The notes under the pieces were generated by a model. It saw only the letters and a program-made list of their open reading frames with translations. It was not told where the DNA came from and ran no database searches. DNA of 64,000 nt, from positions 96,001 to 160,000 of IMG/VR virus record IMGVR_UViG_3300021963_004854; one strand, written 5' to 3'. Within the stretch, counting starts at the first letter, position 1. Each line of letters begins with the position of its first letter. Source of the DNA: a virus. A program made the translations under genes and the position numbers. Positions 1-9,902 of this stretch are shown one piece after another.

Positions 1-757
1 TGCTTTGGGTCAGAACAAGAACGTTCTCTATATTACTCTTGAAATGGCCGAAGAACGTATCGCAGAACGTATCGATGCCAATTTGATGAACGTCAACATC
101 CAAGAACTCAAAGACCTTTCGAAGTCCATGTTTGACCAACGCATTGCCAAGATTCGCTCAAAGACAGAAGGTCGTTTGATTGTCAAAGAATATCCAACTG
201 CATCTGCCCACGTCGGACATTTCAAGGCACTATTGAACGAACTCCAGTTAAAGCGAAACTTCAAGCCAGATGTTATCTTCATTGACTACCTAAACATCTG
301 TGCCTCTAGTCGATACAAAGCATCCTCTGGTGCCAACTCCTACACTGTCATTAAGGGTATCGCAGAAGAACTTCGTGGTCTGGCAGTAGAGTTTGATTTG
401 CCTATCGTCTCCGCCACTCAGACAACCCGTAGTGGTTATGCCAACTCGGACGTTGAACTGACTGACACCTCAGAATCATTCGGTCTGCCAGCAACGGCTG
501 ACTTGATGTTTGCTCTTATCGCAACAGAAGAACTTGACAAAATGGGTCAGTTGATGGTGAAGCAGTTGAAGAACCGATACAATGACCCTGCAATGAACAA
601 GCGTTTCATGGTAGGTATTGACCGCGGTAAGATGAAACTCTATGATTTAGAAGACTCTGCCCAGGCTGGTATTACGGACTCAGGTCAAGATGATGTTCCT
701 GTGTTTGAAAATACTACTATTGGAAAGCGTAGAGATTTTTCTAAATTTGATTTTTGA
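1..757 (+). CDS. 41: T4 gp41-like replicative DNA helicase (5'-truncated by window)
   Basis: DnaB-family motifs YITLEMAEERIAERIDAN, IFIDYLNI, SATQTTRSG, ESFGLPATAD, KQLKNRY. Confidence 0.95.
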   Translation, partial: ALGQNKNVLYITLEMAEERIAERIDANLMNVNIQELKDLSKSMFDQRIAKIRSKTEGRLIVKEYPTASAHVGHFKALLNELQLKRNFKPDVIFIDYLNICASSRYKASSGANSYTVIKGIAEELRGLAVEFDLPIVSATQTTRSGYANSDVELTDTSESFGLPATADLMFALIATEELDKMGQLMVKQLKNRYNDPAMNKRFMVGIDRGKMKLYDLEDSAQAGITDSGQDDVPVFENTTIGKRRDFSKFDF

Positions 758-795
758 GTTGACAAACTCTTATAAATGTAGTATACAATAGTTAT

Positions 796-872
796 GCGCC
801 GTTAGCTCATCTGGATAGAGCGCGAGACTTCTAATCTTGAGGCAGCAGGTTCGAGTCCTGCACGGCGCACCA
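796..872 (+). tRNA. tRNA-Arg(TCT)
   Basis: Cloverleaf, anticodon loop CTTCTAA, GGTTCGAGTCC, encoded CCA; TTGACA promoter at 759. Confidence 0.95.
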
Positions 873-888
873 GTTTTTAGGAAATAAT

Positions 889-1239
889 ATGGACGAATTG
901 AATCTGAAACTTGTAGTATCCTCATTTGTTTGGGCAAATGTAGGAAGCGCCGACCTTCCATTATGGAAGACTGTTGGTGCAAAAGAATATATCGTCAAGT
1001 ATTTTACTGGTGACCCTACTTTTGAAATGATAAATGAAGAACTTGATAAGGTAGCTCATATGTTCGAGGGCGGCGATAACTCAGTTAGAGAAACTGTTGC
1101 TGGCTTCGAAGTATATTTTGCCGATGCTCCTACCAATTCAGAAATGTTTCAAATAAATTTAAACGGCGCTATTGACTTTCCTCCTATTGATCTTACTATG
1201 ATTGATGTTACAGAAGAAATGCAAACCATACTGCCCTAA
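889..1239 (+). CDS. hypothetical protein
   Basis: ORF with AGGA RBS. Confidence 0.7.
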   Translation: MDELNLKLVVSSFVWANVGSADLPLWKTVGAKEYIVKYFTGDPTFEMINEELDKVAHMFEGGDNSVRETVAGFEVYFADAPTNSEMFQINLNGAIDFPPIDLTMIDVTEEMQTILP

Positions 1240-1242
1240 TAT

Positions 1243-1250
1243 TATAAATA
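1243..1250 (+). promoter_or_regulatory. T4-type late promoter TATAAATA
   Basis: Exact gp55 consensus, intergenic, upstream of ATG 1278. Confidence 0.85.
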
Positions 1251-1277
1251 TAGGGTACACTATAGAGATGGACCCTT

Positions 1278-2411
1278 ATGTTATCACTTACACAATTCAT
1301 TACAGAGGCAACACACACCGGTGGTATTGCTCATATTGAGCATCCCTCTGATAGATCATTTGATAGTCAAGACGCTGCACACCACGCATTGGAAACTCTG
1401 CGTGGTGTTGCGCATGGGAAAACTCCTATCACTCGTAAGATTGATGATAGAATGTCCTTTCATGCTATTCGAACAGCGGACGGTAAGATCGGTGTAAAGT
1501 ATAAGGGTGCAGGTTCTCACTATAACTATTCTGCCTCAGATATTGAAAAGCAGCACGGCCATAAACCATATCTTGTTGGTCCTCTAAAGGCACTTCATGC
1601 CCATCTGGGTAAAGTTCTTCCTAAAAAGTCCGGTGAATATCAGGGTGGATATATGAGTGAACCTTCTGGAAGATCGGAATACTCCTCGCATATCTCACAC
1701 ACTCCTAACACAATTGAATATCGTGCAACTGCGGGTAGTGAAGAAGCGAAGAAGTTGAAGAGGTCTAAGGTCAGTGCCACTATTCATACGGAGCTAAAGG
1801 GTCCAGAAAGAACTGCACATCCTATCACGGACATGTCGCACTTTCAATCACATCCTGATGTTCATATGGTACAACATCTGGTATCAGATGAAGAGCGCAA
1901 ACTTCCTGCCGCTGTTAGGTCAAAAGCCACGGAGCATTTAGATGCCGCCGAGAAATTAATGAAGGGTCATACATATGACCATCTATCTGGTCATGAAATA
2001 CATCTAAGAACTTACATCAATAGAACAGTCACGAGTGGTGAAAAACCTTCTGTTGAAGGATACAGAAAGCATTTACAGGCGGCACACCAGAAACTAATAG
2101 ATGCCGTCAAGACTCCAGCCGCTAAAGAGCGCAAGACTGCTACTATGAATACTCATCTATATCAGGTAGATGCCAACAAAAAACAATTCGAAAGATCATT
2201 TCAAATTCACCACCATCTACAACAGGCAACAAATCATCTTGCTAGAGGATTAGACCGTGCTGGTGGGGGTGGGTTCTCGACACATATTAATGGTGCAGCC
2301 GCTGGCGGCGAAGGCTATGTCGCACATGGTCTTAAAGTTGTTGACCGTGAAGGCTTCTCGAAAGCTAATAGAGAACGTAGTGCAATTCTAAGAGCAAGCA
2401 AGGGTAAATAA
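1278..2411 (+). CDS. His-rich T4-like protein with RNA-ligase-like motifs; possible internal head protein
   Basis: TRKIDD (KxDG-like), EGYV, LKVVDR; N-terminus MLSLTQFITE resembles the T4 capsid-targeting sequence. Confidence 0.55.
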   Translation: MLSLTQFITEATHTGGIAHIEHPSDRSFDSQDAAHHALETLRGVAHGKTPITRKIDDRMSFHAIRTADGKIGVKYKGAGSHYNYSASDIEKQHGHKPYLVGPLKALHAHLGKVLPKKSGEYQGGYMSEPSGRSEYSSHISHTPNTIEYRATAGSEEAKKLKRSKVSATIHTELKGPERTAHPITDMSHFQSHPDVHMVQHLVSDEERKLPAAVRSKATEHLDAAEKLMKGHTYDHLSGHEIHLRTYINRTVTSGEKPSVEGYRKHLQAAHQKLIDAVKTPAAKERKTATMNTHLYQVDANKKQFERSFQIHHHLQQATNHLARGLDRAGGGGFSTHINGAAAGGEGYVAHGLKVVDREGFSKANRERSAILRASKGK

Positions 2412-3019
2412 TGGCTGACGTTCATCATCATATCACACAAGGTAGAATGAATCCGATTACAGTTGGACATGAAGCCGTTGTTAATCAGGTTCGTAGGGCT
2501 GCTGGTACACATGGGCATACGATTGTTCTTACTGGCACCCATGATGCTAAGAAGAATCCTTTGTCACCGGAACAGAAGTTGAAACATGCTAAGAGGGCAT
2601 TTCCAGGTGCGAATGTTCGTCTACTAGACAAAGAACATCCAACCCTTTTACATCAACTGTCAAGACTTCATAGCGAAGGTGTTACTCACTTACACTTACA
2701 TGTTGGTTCAGACCGCGCACACGAATTCCATGCACTCACACACAAGTATAATGGTAAAGAAGGCCGTCACGGCTATTACAAGTTTAAGAAGATTACCATT
2801 CATACGGTAGGTAAAGAACGTTCGGATGAGGACACTGGTGTAGCAGGTGCTTCCGGCACAAAGATGCGCCAACATGCAGTCGCTGGTAACGAAAAAGAAT
2901 TCCATAAGATGGCACCAAGTGCCATGTCAACTAAGCATAAACACGAACTCTATAAAGATGTTCGCCGTGGTATGGGGCTCCATGAAGCAATGTCCTTCAA
3001 AACGTTTTTAGGAGTCTAA
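2411..3019 (+). CDS. HxGH-class nucleotidyltransferase (cytidylyl/adenylyltransferase-like)
   Basis: GRMNPITVGH, KNPL, VGSDR, SGTKMR motifs. Confidence 0.85.
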   Translation: MADVHHHITQGRMNPITVGHEAVVNQVRRAAGTHGHTIVLTGTHDAKKNPLSPEQKLKHAKRAFPGANVRLLDKEHPTLLHQLSRLHSEGVTHLHLHVGSDRAHEFHALTHKYNGKEGRHGYYKFKKITIHTVGKERSDEDTGVAGASGTKMRQHAVAGNEKEFHKMAPSAMSTKHKHELYKDVRRGMGLHEAMSFKTFLGV

Positions 3020-3020
3020 T

Positions 3021-3866
3021 ATGGCACAATGGAAAGTAGATGATCAAGAAATGGAATCTCCACATCGTCTGGAGACCATGGCTATTGGCCTGAAAGATGG
3101 TTCTATTGTTGAAGAAACCAATCCTTTTCCAGTAACGCTTGCAGGTGGCGCCGCGGTATCTGAAAATAGCACCTTCGGATTGAATGTTGCTCGTGGTCTT
3201 GTTCCTGGTATGTCAGGGGTGTTCAAGGCAGGATACAACGCAGCGTTTGCCAATGGCACAGAAGAAAGTTTCTGGTCGCACTCTGAAATATATCCTTGGT
3301 CGGCATGGTCGACACCAGGAACGTTAAGTCTTGTTAGTTCCTCTACCAGTGATACAGGAACAATTCTTATTCAGGGATTGAATGCATCTACATTTGCATC
3401 ACAAACTGAAACCATAACTCTTAACGGCACAACTCCTGTTGTCACCTCTCTTTCTTATGCTCGTTTGAATTACCTACATTACAGTGAAACATCGAATACA
3501 AATGTTGGTGAAATCCATGCTAACAGAAATGGAACCTGCGTGGGTCATATTGCACCGCAAACAGGTATTGCGCAGGGCGCACAATATACAATCCCTGCTG
3601 GATATACTGGATACATGTTGCAAGGTACTGCGAATATCGGTAAGGGTAATGACGGCAAAGGATACTTCAAGTATCGTCCATATGGTTCGTCGTTTCAACA
3701 TGCAATGACATTCTTATTATATCAGTCAACCTTTGATTATACATTTGCTGTTCCACTTCCTCTACCTGAAAAGACCGATTTAGATGTTACGATGATTTCA
3801 TCAAACTCTGGCACTGCGGCAACCTGCGAATATAGTTTACTATTAATTCAAAACCCGGTGGAATAA
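3021..3866 (+). CDS. putative virion structural protein
   Basis: Thr/Ser/Gly beta-rich composition in late operon. Confidence 0.5.
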   Translation: MAQWKVDDQEMESPHRLETMAIGLKDGSIVEETNPFPVTLAGGAAVSENSTFGLNVARGLVPGMSGVFKAGYNAAFANGTEESFWSHSEIYPWSAWSTPGTLSLVSSSTSDTGTILIQGLNASTFASQTETITLNGTTPVVTSLSYARLNYLHYSETSNTNVGEIHANRNGTCVGHIAPQTGIAQGAQYTIPAGYTGYMLQGTANIGKGNDGKGYFKYRPYGSSFQHAMTFLLYQSTFDYTFAVPLPLPEKTDLDVTMISSNSGTAATCEYSLLLIQNPVE

Positions 3867-4115
3867 ATGACTGGACTATTATCATATATAAAAGATATGA
3901 TGAGCGACGGTGGTAATCCATCGACTAAGCGTTGGGTTGCAGTTGTATCTACTCTGCTTATCGCCATAGGCTACATCGCAAATCTATTCTGGGACTACAC
4001 TATCGAAGAGTTTATCTTCAACGGTGTAATGTATATTGTTATCGGCACTCTTGGTATTACTGGTGTAGAAAAGTTTGCACCTAAAAAACCTACTAAGAAG
4101 TCAGAAGAAGAATAA
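3867..4115 (+). CDS. putative holin (2 TM)
   Basis: Two hydrophobic helices, charged C-terminus, directly upstream of spanins. Confidence 0.55.
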   Translation: MTGLLSYIKDMMSDGGNPSTKRWVAVVSTLLIAIGYIANLFWDYTIEEFIFNGVMYIVIGTLGITGVEKFAPKKPTKKSEEE

Positions 4116-4125
4116 GGAATTAAAT

Positions 4126-4638
4126 ATGTTCGGTATGATCCCTCTACCATATAAATTATTAGCAGGCGCTGCCCTAATACTTGGTGTATTTGTATTCGGT
4201 TACATGAAGGGTTCAGCATATGCCGAAGCAGAACTTCAACGATTTTCTGCAAAACAAAGTAAAGTTATTGCCGCCCTTGAAAAGAAGAACAGTGAAATAT
4301 CAAACACAGTAGTAACAGAATATGTTGACCGTGTTAATACTATTAAGGAAAAAGAATATGTCTATCGTAACCTCGCTCAAACTAGTGTTCCTAGCCAGCA
4401 CGATATGTCTAACGGCTGGGTGTTCACGCACGACTCTAGTGCCAGTGCCAGTGATGCCGACCCCACCAGAGCTTCTGATGCGTCCCCCTCAGGAATTACA
4501 GACACTACGGCCCTCCTCGCCATCATCGGCAACTACTCCAGATGCCTGCAAAACAGTCAACAACTTGAAGGTTTGCAAAGATGGGTCAACGACAATAAAC
4601 GGGCAGTAGACGAAGCCGCAGCAAAATCTAAGAAGTAA
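4126..4638 (+). CDS. Rz-like inner-membrane spanin
   Basis: N-terminal TM followed by helical periplasmic domain; embeds a lipoprotein ORF. Confidence 0.8.
   Translation: MFGMIPLPYKLLAGAALILGVFVFGYMKGSAYAEAELQRFSAKQSKVIAALEKKNSEISNTVVTEYVDRVNTIKEKEYVYRNLAQTSVPSQHDMSNGWVFTHDSSASASDADPTRASDASPSGITDTTALLAIIGNYSRCLQNSQQLEGLQRWVNDNKRAVDEAAAKSKK
4358..4609 (+). CDS. Rz1-like outer-membrane spanin lipoprotein, embedded in +1 frame
   Basis: Signal peptide with lipobox LTAG-C, Pro-rich mature part (PVPVMPTPPELLMRPP). Confidence 0.8.
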   Translation: MSIVTSLKLVFLASTICLTAGCSRTTLVPVPVMPTPPELLMRPPQELQTLRPSSPSSATTPDACKTVNNLKVCKDGSTTINGQ

Positions 4639-4642
4639 ATAT

Positions 4643-4650
4643 TATAAATA
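4643..4650 (+). promoter_or_regulatory. T4-type late promoter TATAAATA
   Basis: Exact consensus upstream of ATG 4683. Confidence 0.85.
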
Positions 4651-4682
4651 GGGGTATAGAGTTTAAACTTGGAGACCCCTAC

Positions 4683-7292
4683 ATGAAGAATGATCCTTGC
4701 TGGAAAGGCTATGAAATGGTTGGCAAAAAGAAGAAGGGTGGTAAAGAAGTCCCTAACTGTGTGCCTGTGAAAGAAGCCGCTAAAGCTATTATTGAAAAAG
4801 CAAAAGCCAAGTCTAAGAAAGACTGGACCGGGGCTAAGGTTAGTAAAGACCGCTTCATTCTCCCAGAAGAAAGTCACGACAACTGCGGCACTCCTGATTG
4901 CTGTGGCACATGCGACACGGCAGTAACAGAAGCCCGTGGCTCGGACTACACTTTGTATCACAAGTCATACACCGATGCAATCAATCACGCTCTTTCACAC
5001 CACGAAAAGTCGGGTCTAAAAGTTTCAGAAGATGACCGCTTCCAACATGTTAGTGTAGGTTCGAAGAAGCCAAGTGAAGGTAATACAACCTCGCTTCATA
5101 TTCCAGCCACTCATTCAAATGGTAAGAAGCATGTTCTCCATGTTCAAGTATTCAACAAGGGCGGAACTCATCCTTACGAACTAAACACTTACTCAAGTGG
5201 TATGGGTCGTAGCGTAAAAGAAGAAGCCGAACTTGAAGAAGGCTATGGTATGTGGAAGGTAGAGTTTCCTAAGCAGCATGTAGGTAAGCCAGTTGCCGCT
5301 GGCTCTGTGCATGTTAAGGCTCAGAACACCGCCCATGCCCATAAAGTAGCGGCAAAGAGAGTGGGTGTTGACCACAAGGTATTCAAGTCTAAGGTAACTA
5401 AGTCTTCTATTCTTCCTGAAGAACTAGAAGATATTAATGAAATGGGTGGCGACCAACATTATGGCGACACTAAGGGCGCATGGTCTGCTGGTGCAAAAGC
5501 AACTCCTGTAAAAGCAAAGAAACTTACTGACTTTGCTCTAAAGGGATTAGAAAAAGAATTAAAAGCTACCCGTCAAACAAGCAAGTCTGTGGCTGATGCC
5601 AAGAAAAAGTATGGCGTCAAGGAAGAAATCGAAGATATCATGGAACGTGGTGAAGACTCTAAGGGTCACTACCGCGCAACAGAAGATGGTGCTGGTTTAA
5701 CTCGTAAGGGTGCCAAGGCCATGGGTATTAAGACCGCCGTTACAACTCCTCCTAGTAAGCTAGATCCAAAAGGCGAAGCTGCAGGTCGTCGCAAATCATT
5801 CTGCGCCCGTATGGGTGGCATGAAAGGTCCTATGAAGGATGAGAAGGGACGCCCAACTCGCAAAGCTATGTCACTTCGTCGCTGGAATTGCAACGAAGCA
5901 GCATTCGATGCCGAATCGAAAATGCATGATGCTCACTACGAAAAGCAAACGGATCAAGTAAAGAATGCACTTGATAATTATGCTCGTCGTGGAATGACAT
6001 ATAAACAAGCATATAATAAGATTCGTCATAGTAACACTCATACTTTGCGTAATCAAATCACTGCGATGCATGAAGAAACACAACTAGACGAAGTTCTGGG
6101 TAAAGAAAACGAATGGGGTCGCCCAGAACTTCGTAAGAAGTTTGCTGCTATCACACCTGGACAAGAGGGTATGACAGCCGATGAGATTCCTGAAATGAAT
6201 CCATTTTCTGGTGATGCTATCCATGAAGGTGGTCTATGGGATAACATTCATGCAAAGCGTAAGCGTATCAAAGCTGGTTCGGGTGAACGTATGCGTAAGC
6301 CCGGTTCAGAAGGTGCACCTACCGATGCAGACTTTAATAATTCTAGAAACGAAGAAACTATCAATGAAATCTCGGCCCTAGGTGCCAAGAAGCGTTCTGA
6401 ATTTGCTGCCAAACTACAAAAGACACTTGCCGACCCGAAAAAAATCGCAAAGGCCAAGAAAGAAATTGCAAAGAAAAAGGCAGTCCAGAAAGCAGAAGAA
6501 CCTAAGCACCTCGTTATGCAACTTCGCAAAGCATCTTCGATTGGCTCCAAGGTTAAGTTCTATGATGGCTCAGAACATCATGTAGCACCTAACCATGTAG
6601 AAAAGTTCAATGATCGTTATCATTCATTGAAGTCTTCTATCGAAAAGGAAAGCCTAGTCAAGAGAGCGCATAAGTCACATGCAGATTTCATGAGAGCAAT
6701 CTCAGAAGAAACTGAAATGGGCCAGCCAATGGCGCCTTGCACATGCGATATTACTCCTGCTAATTATCCAACACCGTCGCAACTATCACCTGAACCGCAA
6801 CTCGGTGATATGAATAGTGATGGTATGACAAATGAGTGGGACGAAGCTGTAATTGAGGCAGAAGTTACACATGAAATTGAAACATCCGATTGGGATGAAT
6901 TACAGAAGTATTATGACAGCGAACAAGAAGACGATGATGAGGAATCAGAATCGATTGATGAAGCTATCACACCACAAGGTCGCCTCAAGAAAAGATTTGC
7001 CGCAATGCGTAACAAGACACGCCGTAATATGGCAAAGAATATGGCACTAAAGCGGATTGCAACACCAGACCGTATCAAGTCGCGTTCTATTCGCGCCGCT
7101 CGTAGAATGGTTTATAAGCGCATTCTTCGTAACCGCGATCCATCTTCTGTATCCCCAGCCGAAAAGGCACGTTTGGAAGATCAAGTAAAGCGCATGGCTC
7201 CTATGGTATCTAGAATTTCTATGAGACTTCAACAGTCTGAAAGAAAGCGTGATATGATGCGCGTTCAAAACGCTAGAACGAGAAAGAAATAA
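4683..7292 (+). CDS. large modular late protein, putative internal head polyprotein
   Basis: Basic modules (PCWKGY..VPNCVP, RRKSFCARM, GLWDNIHAKRKR) separated by [ILVM]xE acidic linkers. Confidence 0.6.
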   Translation: MKNDPCWKGYEMVGKKKKGGKEVPNCVPVKEAAKAIIEKAKAKSKKDWTGAKVSKDRFILPEESHDNCGTPDCCGTCDTAVTEARGSDYTLYHKSYTDAINHALSHHEKSGLKVSEDDRFQHVSVGSKKPSEGNTTSLHIPATHSNGKKHVLHVQVFNKGGTHPYELNTYSSGMGRSVKEEAELEEGYGMWKVEFPKQHVGKPVAAGSVHVKAQNTAHAHKVAAKRVGVDHKVFKSKVTKSSILPEELEDINEMGGDQHYGDTKGAWSAGAKATPVKAKKLTDFALKGLEKELKATRQTSKSVADAKKKYGVKEEIEDIMERGEDSKGHYRATEDGAGLTRKGAKAMGIKTAVTTPPSKLDPKGEAAGRRKSFCARMGGMKGPMKDEKGRPTRKAMSLRRWNCNEAAFDAESKMHDAHYEKQTDQVKNALDNYARRGMTYKQAYNKIRHSNTHTLRNQITAMHEETQLDEVLGKENEWGRPELRKKFAAITPGQEGMTADEIPEMNPFSGDAIHEGGLWDNIHAKRKRIKAGSGERMRKPGSEGAPTDADFNNSRNEETINEISALGAKKRSEFAAKLQKTLADPKKIAKAKKEIAKKKAVQKAEEPKHLVMQLRKASSIGSKVKFYDGSEHHVAPNHVEKFNDRYHSLKSSIEKESLVKRAHKSHADFMRAISEETEMGQPMAPCTCDITPANYPTPSQLSPEPQLGDMNSDGMTNEWDEAVIEAEVTHEIETSDWDELQKYYDSEQEDDDEESESIDEAITPQGRLKKRFAAMRNKTRRNMAKNMALKRIATPDRIKSRSIRAARRMVYKRILRNRDPSSVSPAEKARLEDQVKRMAPMVSRISMRLQQSERKRDMMRVQNARTRKK

Positions 7293-7294
7293 TC

Positions 7295-7732
7295 ATGGAT
7301 GAATTGAAAACTGCCGTGAAAATTGTCATGGCTAACACATATGCAATGTATTTTAAAGCACATGGCTTTCACTGGAACGTAGAAGGTAAAGACTTCTCAC
7401 AATTCCATGATTTCTTTTCTGGTATATACGAGGAGCTATTTGCTGCCGTAGATACTATTGCAGAAGAACTTAGAGCATTAGATGAATATGCGCCATATAA
7501 TATGACAGAGATTGCAAAAATCACCACTGTTACTGAGTCCTCAATCTATGGTGTAGATGTAGGCAAGATGTTAGCTGACCTTATGTCTGCGAATGCCGCT
7601 GTCATCGAAGCATTGAATTCGGCTCATAGATTGGCCGAAGCAGAAAATAATAGAGGTCTAGTCAATCTAATCGAAGAGCGTCTAGATGTTCACGCAAAGC
7701 ACGGTTGGATGATCCGTGCATCCTCTAAGTAA
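7295..7732 (+). CDS. dps: Dps ferritin-like protein
   Basis: KAHGFHWNVEG..FHDFF..DTIAEELRAL and terminal KHGWM motifs. Confidence 0.92.
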   Translation: MDELKTAVKIVMANTYAMYFKAHGFHWNVEGKDFSQFHDFFSGIYEELFAAVDTIAEELRALDEYAPYNMTEIAKITTVTESSIYGVDVGKMLADLMSANAAVIEALNSAHRLAEAENNRGLVNLIEERLDVHAKHGWMIRASSK

Positions 7733-7758
7733 TAAATATAGAGGATAAGGAGATAACA

Positions 7759-8622
7759 ATGTCTTTAGAGAAAACAATTAAAGATACATTAATTGCAGAG
7801 TCGGTCGATCTAGATGCTCGTTTACAGGCTCTTGTTCGCGCTGGTCTAATGCCAGCTAATACTATTCCAATTCTTCGTAAAGCTATTGCGAAGACACAGG
7901 GTGGTATGGCCTTACAGGGTGCCGAGCGTGATGTTATGGCAAACTTCCTCAACTCTATGATGTTTATTGTTCTTGGTGATGATACCATTTTCAACAAAGC
8001 TAGAGCTACTGCTAAGTCTGTTCCACATCACCCGTATGTGCAATACGCCACAGAGGCAAAAGAAAAGCAAGAGTATGACTACGAAGGTGACATGGCTATG
8101 TCCCAACTAAAGTCAATCATTGCCAACTCGCAAAAGATGCACGACATGCTCAGTGCCGACACAAATATTCCTGAGTGGGTTCAATCAAAGATTACTCTCG
8201 CAGAAGATTATATCTCAACCGCTGCTAACTATATGCAGGGTGAGATGAACGAAGAAGTCGAATCAATCGATGAACTTTCAAGGGCAACTGTTGGGAGCTA
8301 TGCTCGAAAAGCAAAGGCAGAAGCAGATAATCTAGGTGGTTTTGACGATCATCGTGCTAAGGGCCGCGAACTTGCTGGTCGTAAGCGTTGGGGTGGCACA
8401 ATGAAAGGCGTTAAGAAGGCAAAGGTTATGGCAACTGAATCTCGTCGCGGTGAGGCACTTGCTGATATCGCAGCCATCACACAGATGAATGAGTCATATA
8501 AGTCCACATTTAATGCGGCACTCACACAGTATGGCATCAAGTCTCCCTCGGAACTTGATGAAGAAAAGAGAAAAGAATTCTTTAATTTCGTAGATCAAAA
8601 CTATAAACAGGGAGACAATTAA
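7759..8622 (+). CDS. modular late protein, putative head protein
   Basis: AATAAATA upstream; EYDYEGDMAMSQL module; IxE linkers. Confidence 0.55.
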   Translation: MSLEKTIKDTLIAESVDLDARLQALVRAGLMPANTIPILRKAIAKTQGGMALQGAERDVMANFLNSMMFIVLGDDTIFNKARATAKSVPHHPYVQYATEAKEKQEYDYEGDMAMSQLKSIIANSQKMHDMLSADTNIPEWVQSKITLAEDYISTAANYMQGEMNEEVESIDELSRATVGSYARKAKAEADNLGGFDDHRAKGRELAGRKRWGGTMKGVKKAKVMATESRRGEALADIAAITQMNESYKSTFNAALTQYGIKSPSELDEEKRKEFFNFVDQNYKQGDN

Positions 8623-9896
8623 TGTCCGCATGGGGTAAATACGACGACAAAACATCCGCGGGAACTATTTCCATCGCATCTGATGGTGTAGTAACGGGTG
8701 TTGGTACTAACTTTAATCCAGAACTTTCGACTGGCGATTTCATTAAAACTGCCGACGGCAAGTCATATATCTGCATTAGTGTCACAAGCGACACCGTTGC
8801 AAAGGTAATCAATGCTGATCCAGAACTGGGTGCAATCACAACACAGTCTGGCGTAGAATATACAATCAGCGAAAAACCAACTGCTATTGCTTCCGATCCT
8901 AACACACTAGCATCGCAAGTATTCGGTGTTGACCGTTACGAAATCCACGGTGACCAAAATGGTGGTTACGTTTCGGCAGTTGCGCTTGTTCAAGGTGGAA
9001 CAAGATATCTAGAAGCGCCTGCAGTAGCCTTCTCAGGTGGTGGTGGTTCAGGTGCTGCGGCAACTGCAACTATTGCTGCTGGTTCTGTTACTGCAATCGC
9101 TGTGACAAACAACGGTTCTTCATACGAGACTGCTCCTGCAGTAAATCTTTCGGTTCCACGCAGAACTGTTACTACTGCTAATGTCAACACTACAACAAAT
9201 GTCCTCACTTATGCTAATCACGGATTAACTGCTGGTGAGCACCTTAAGTATTATCATAATGGTGGTACTGCTATTGCTGGCCTAACAAATGCTGCATCCT
9301 ATTATCCAGGTCGAGTATCTACAAATACTTTCATGCTGTATAACAGTGCCGCTCGTGGACAAACTGCGGTTGCTACTATGACAATTGCTACTACTAATGT
9401 TAATACCACAAGCAATACTTTCACATCAACTGCCCATGGTCTAGTTAATGGTGCAGAACTTAACTACAGCAACCAAGGTGGTACTACAATCACTGGTCTG
9501 ACTTCGGGTAATGATTACTTTGTTGTTAATAAGACTAACGATACATTCCAACTAGCACTGACTTTGGGTGGTAATGCTATCGATATCAGCGGCACAGGTA
9601 ACAACTCGCAGACGTTTGCATCAACTGGTCAACTCGACCTAACTGGTACTGGTAATAACAATCAGTATTTCGACCTTCAGACGGCAACAACTGCTACGGC
9701 AGAAGCTGCACTCGGTGTAAACCAAGGTGTTGACAATGCAGATTCGGGTGGCGTTGCTCACACTGGTTGGGTAAAGCGTAAGGTTCTAACTGGACAACAT
9801 GCTGGTCGTATCCAGTATGAAGTTCTGGTAGCACAATCGAAGAATGCTGGTATCGTTTCAGATGCCGCAGACGATATTGAATTCCCAGAGGACTAA
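8622..9896 (+). CDS. virion structural / fiber-like protein
   Basis: T/G/N-rich with repeated HGL..G..Y modules and C-terminal HTGWV..YEVLVA motif. Confidence 0.65.
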   Translation: MSAWGKYDDKTSAGTISIASDGVVTGVGTNFNPELSTGDFIKTADGKSYICISVTSDTVAKVINADPELGAITTQSGVEYTISEKPTAIASDPNTLASQVFGVDRYEIHGDQNGGYVSAVALVQGGTRYLEAPAVAFSGGGGSGAAATATIAAGSVTAIAVTNNGSSYETAPAVNLSVPRRTVTTANVNTTTNVLTYANHGLTAGEHLKYYHNGGTAIAGLTNAASYYPGRVSTNTFMLYNSAARGQTAVATMTIATTNVNTTSNTFTSTAHGLVNGAELNYSNQGGTTITGLTSGNDYFVVNKTNDTFQLALTLGGNAIDISGTGNNSQTFASTGQLDLTGTGNNNQYFDLQTATTATAEAALGVNQGVDNADSGGVAHTGWVKRKVLTGQHAGRIQYEVLVAQSKNAGIVSDAADDIEFPED

Positions 9897-9902
9897 TAGA
9901 AA

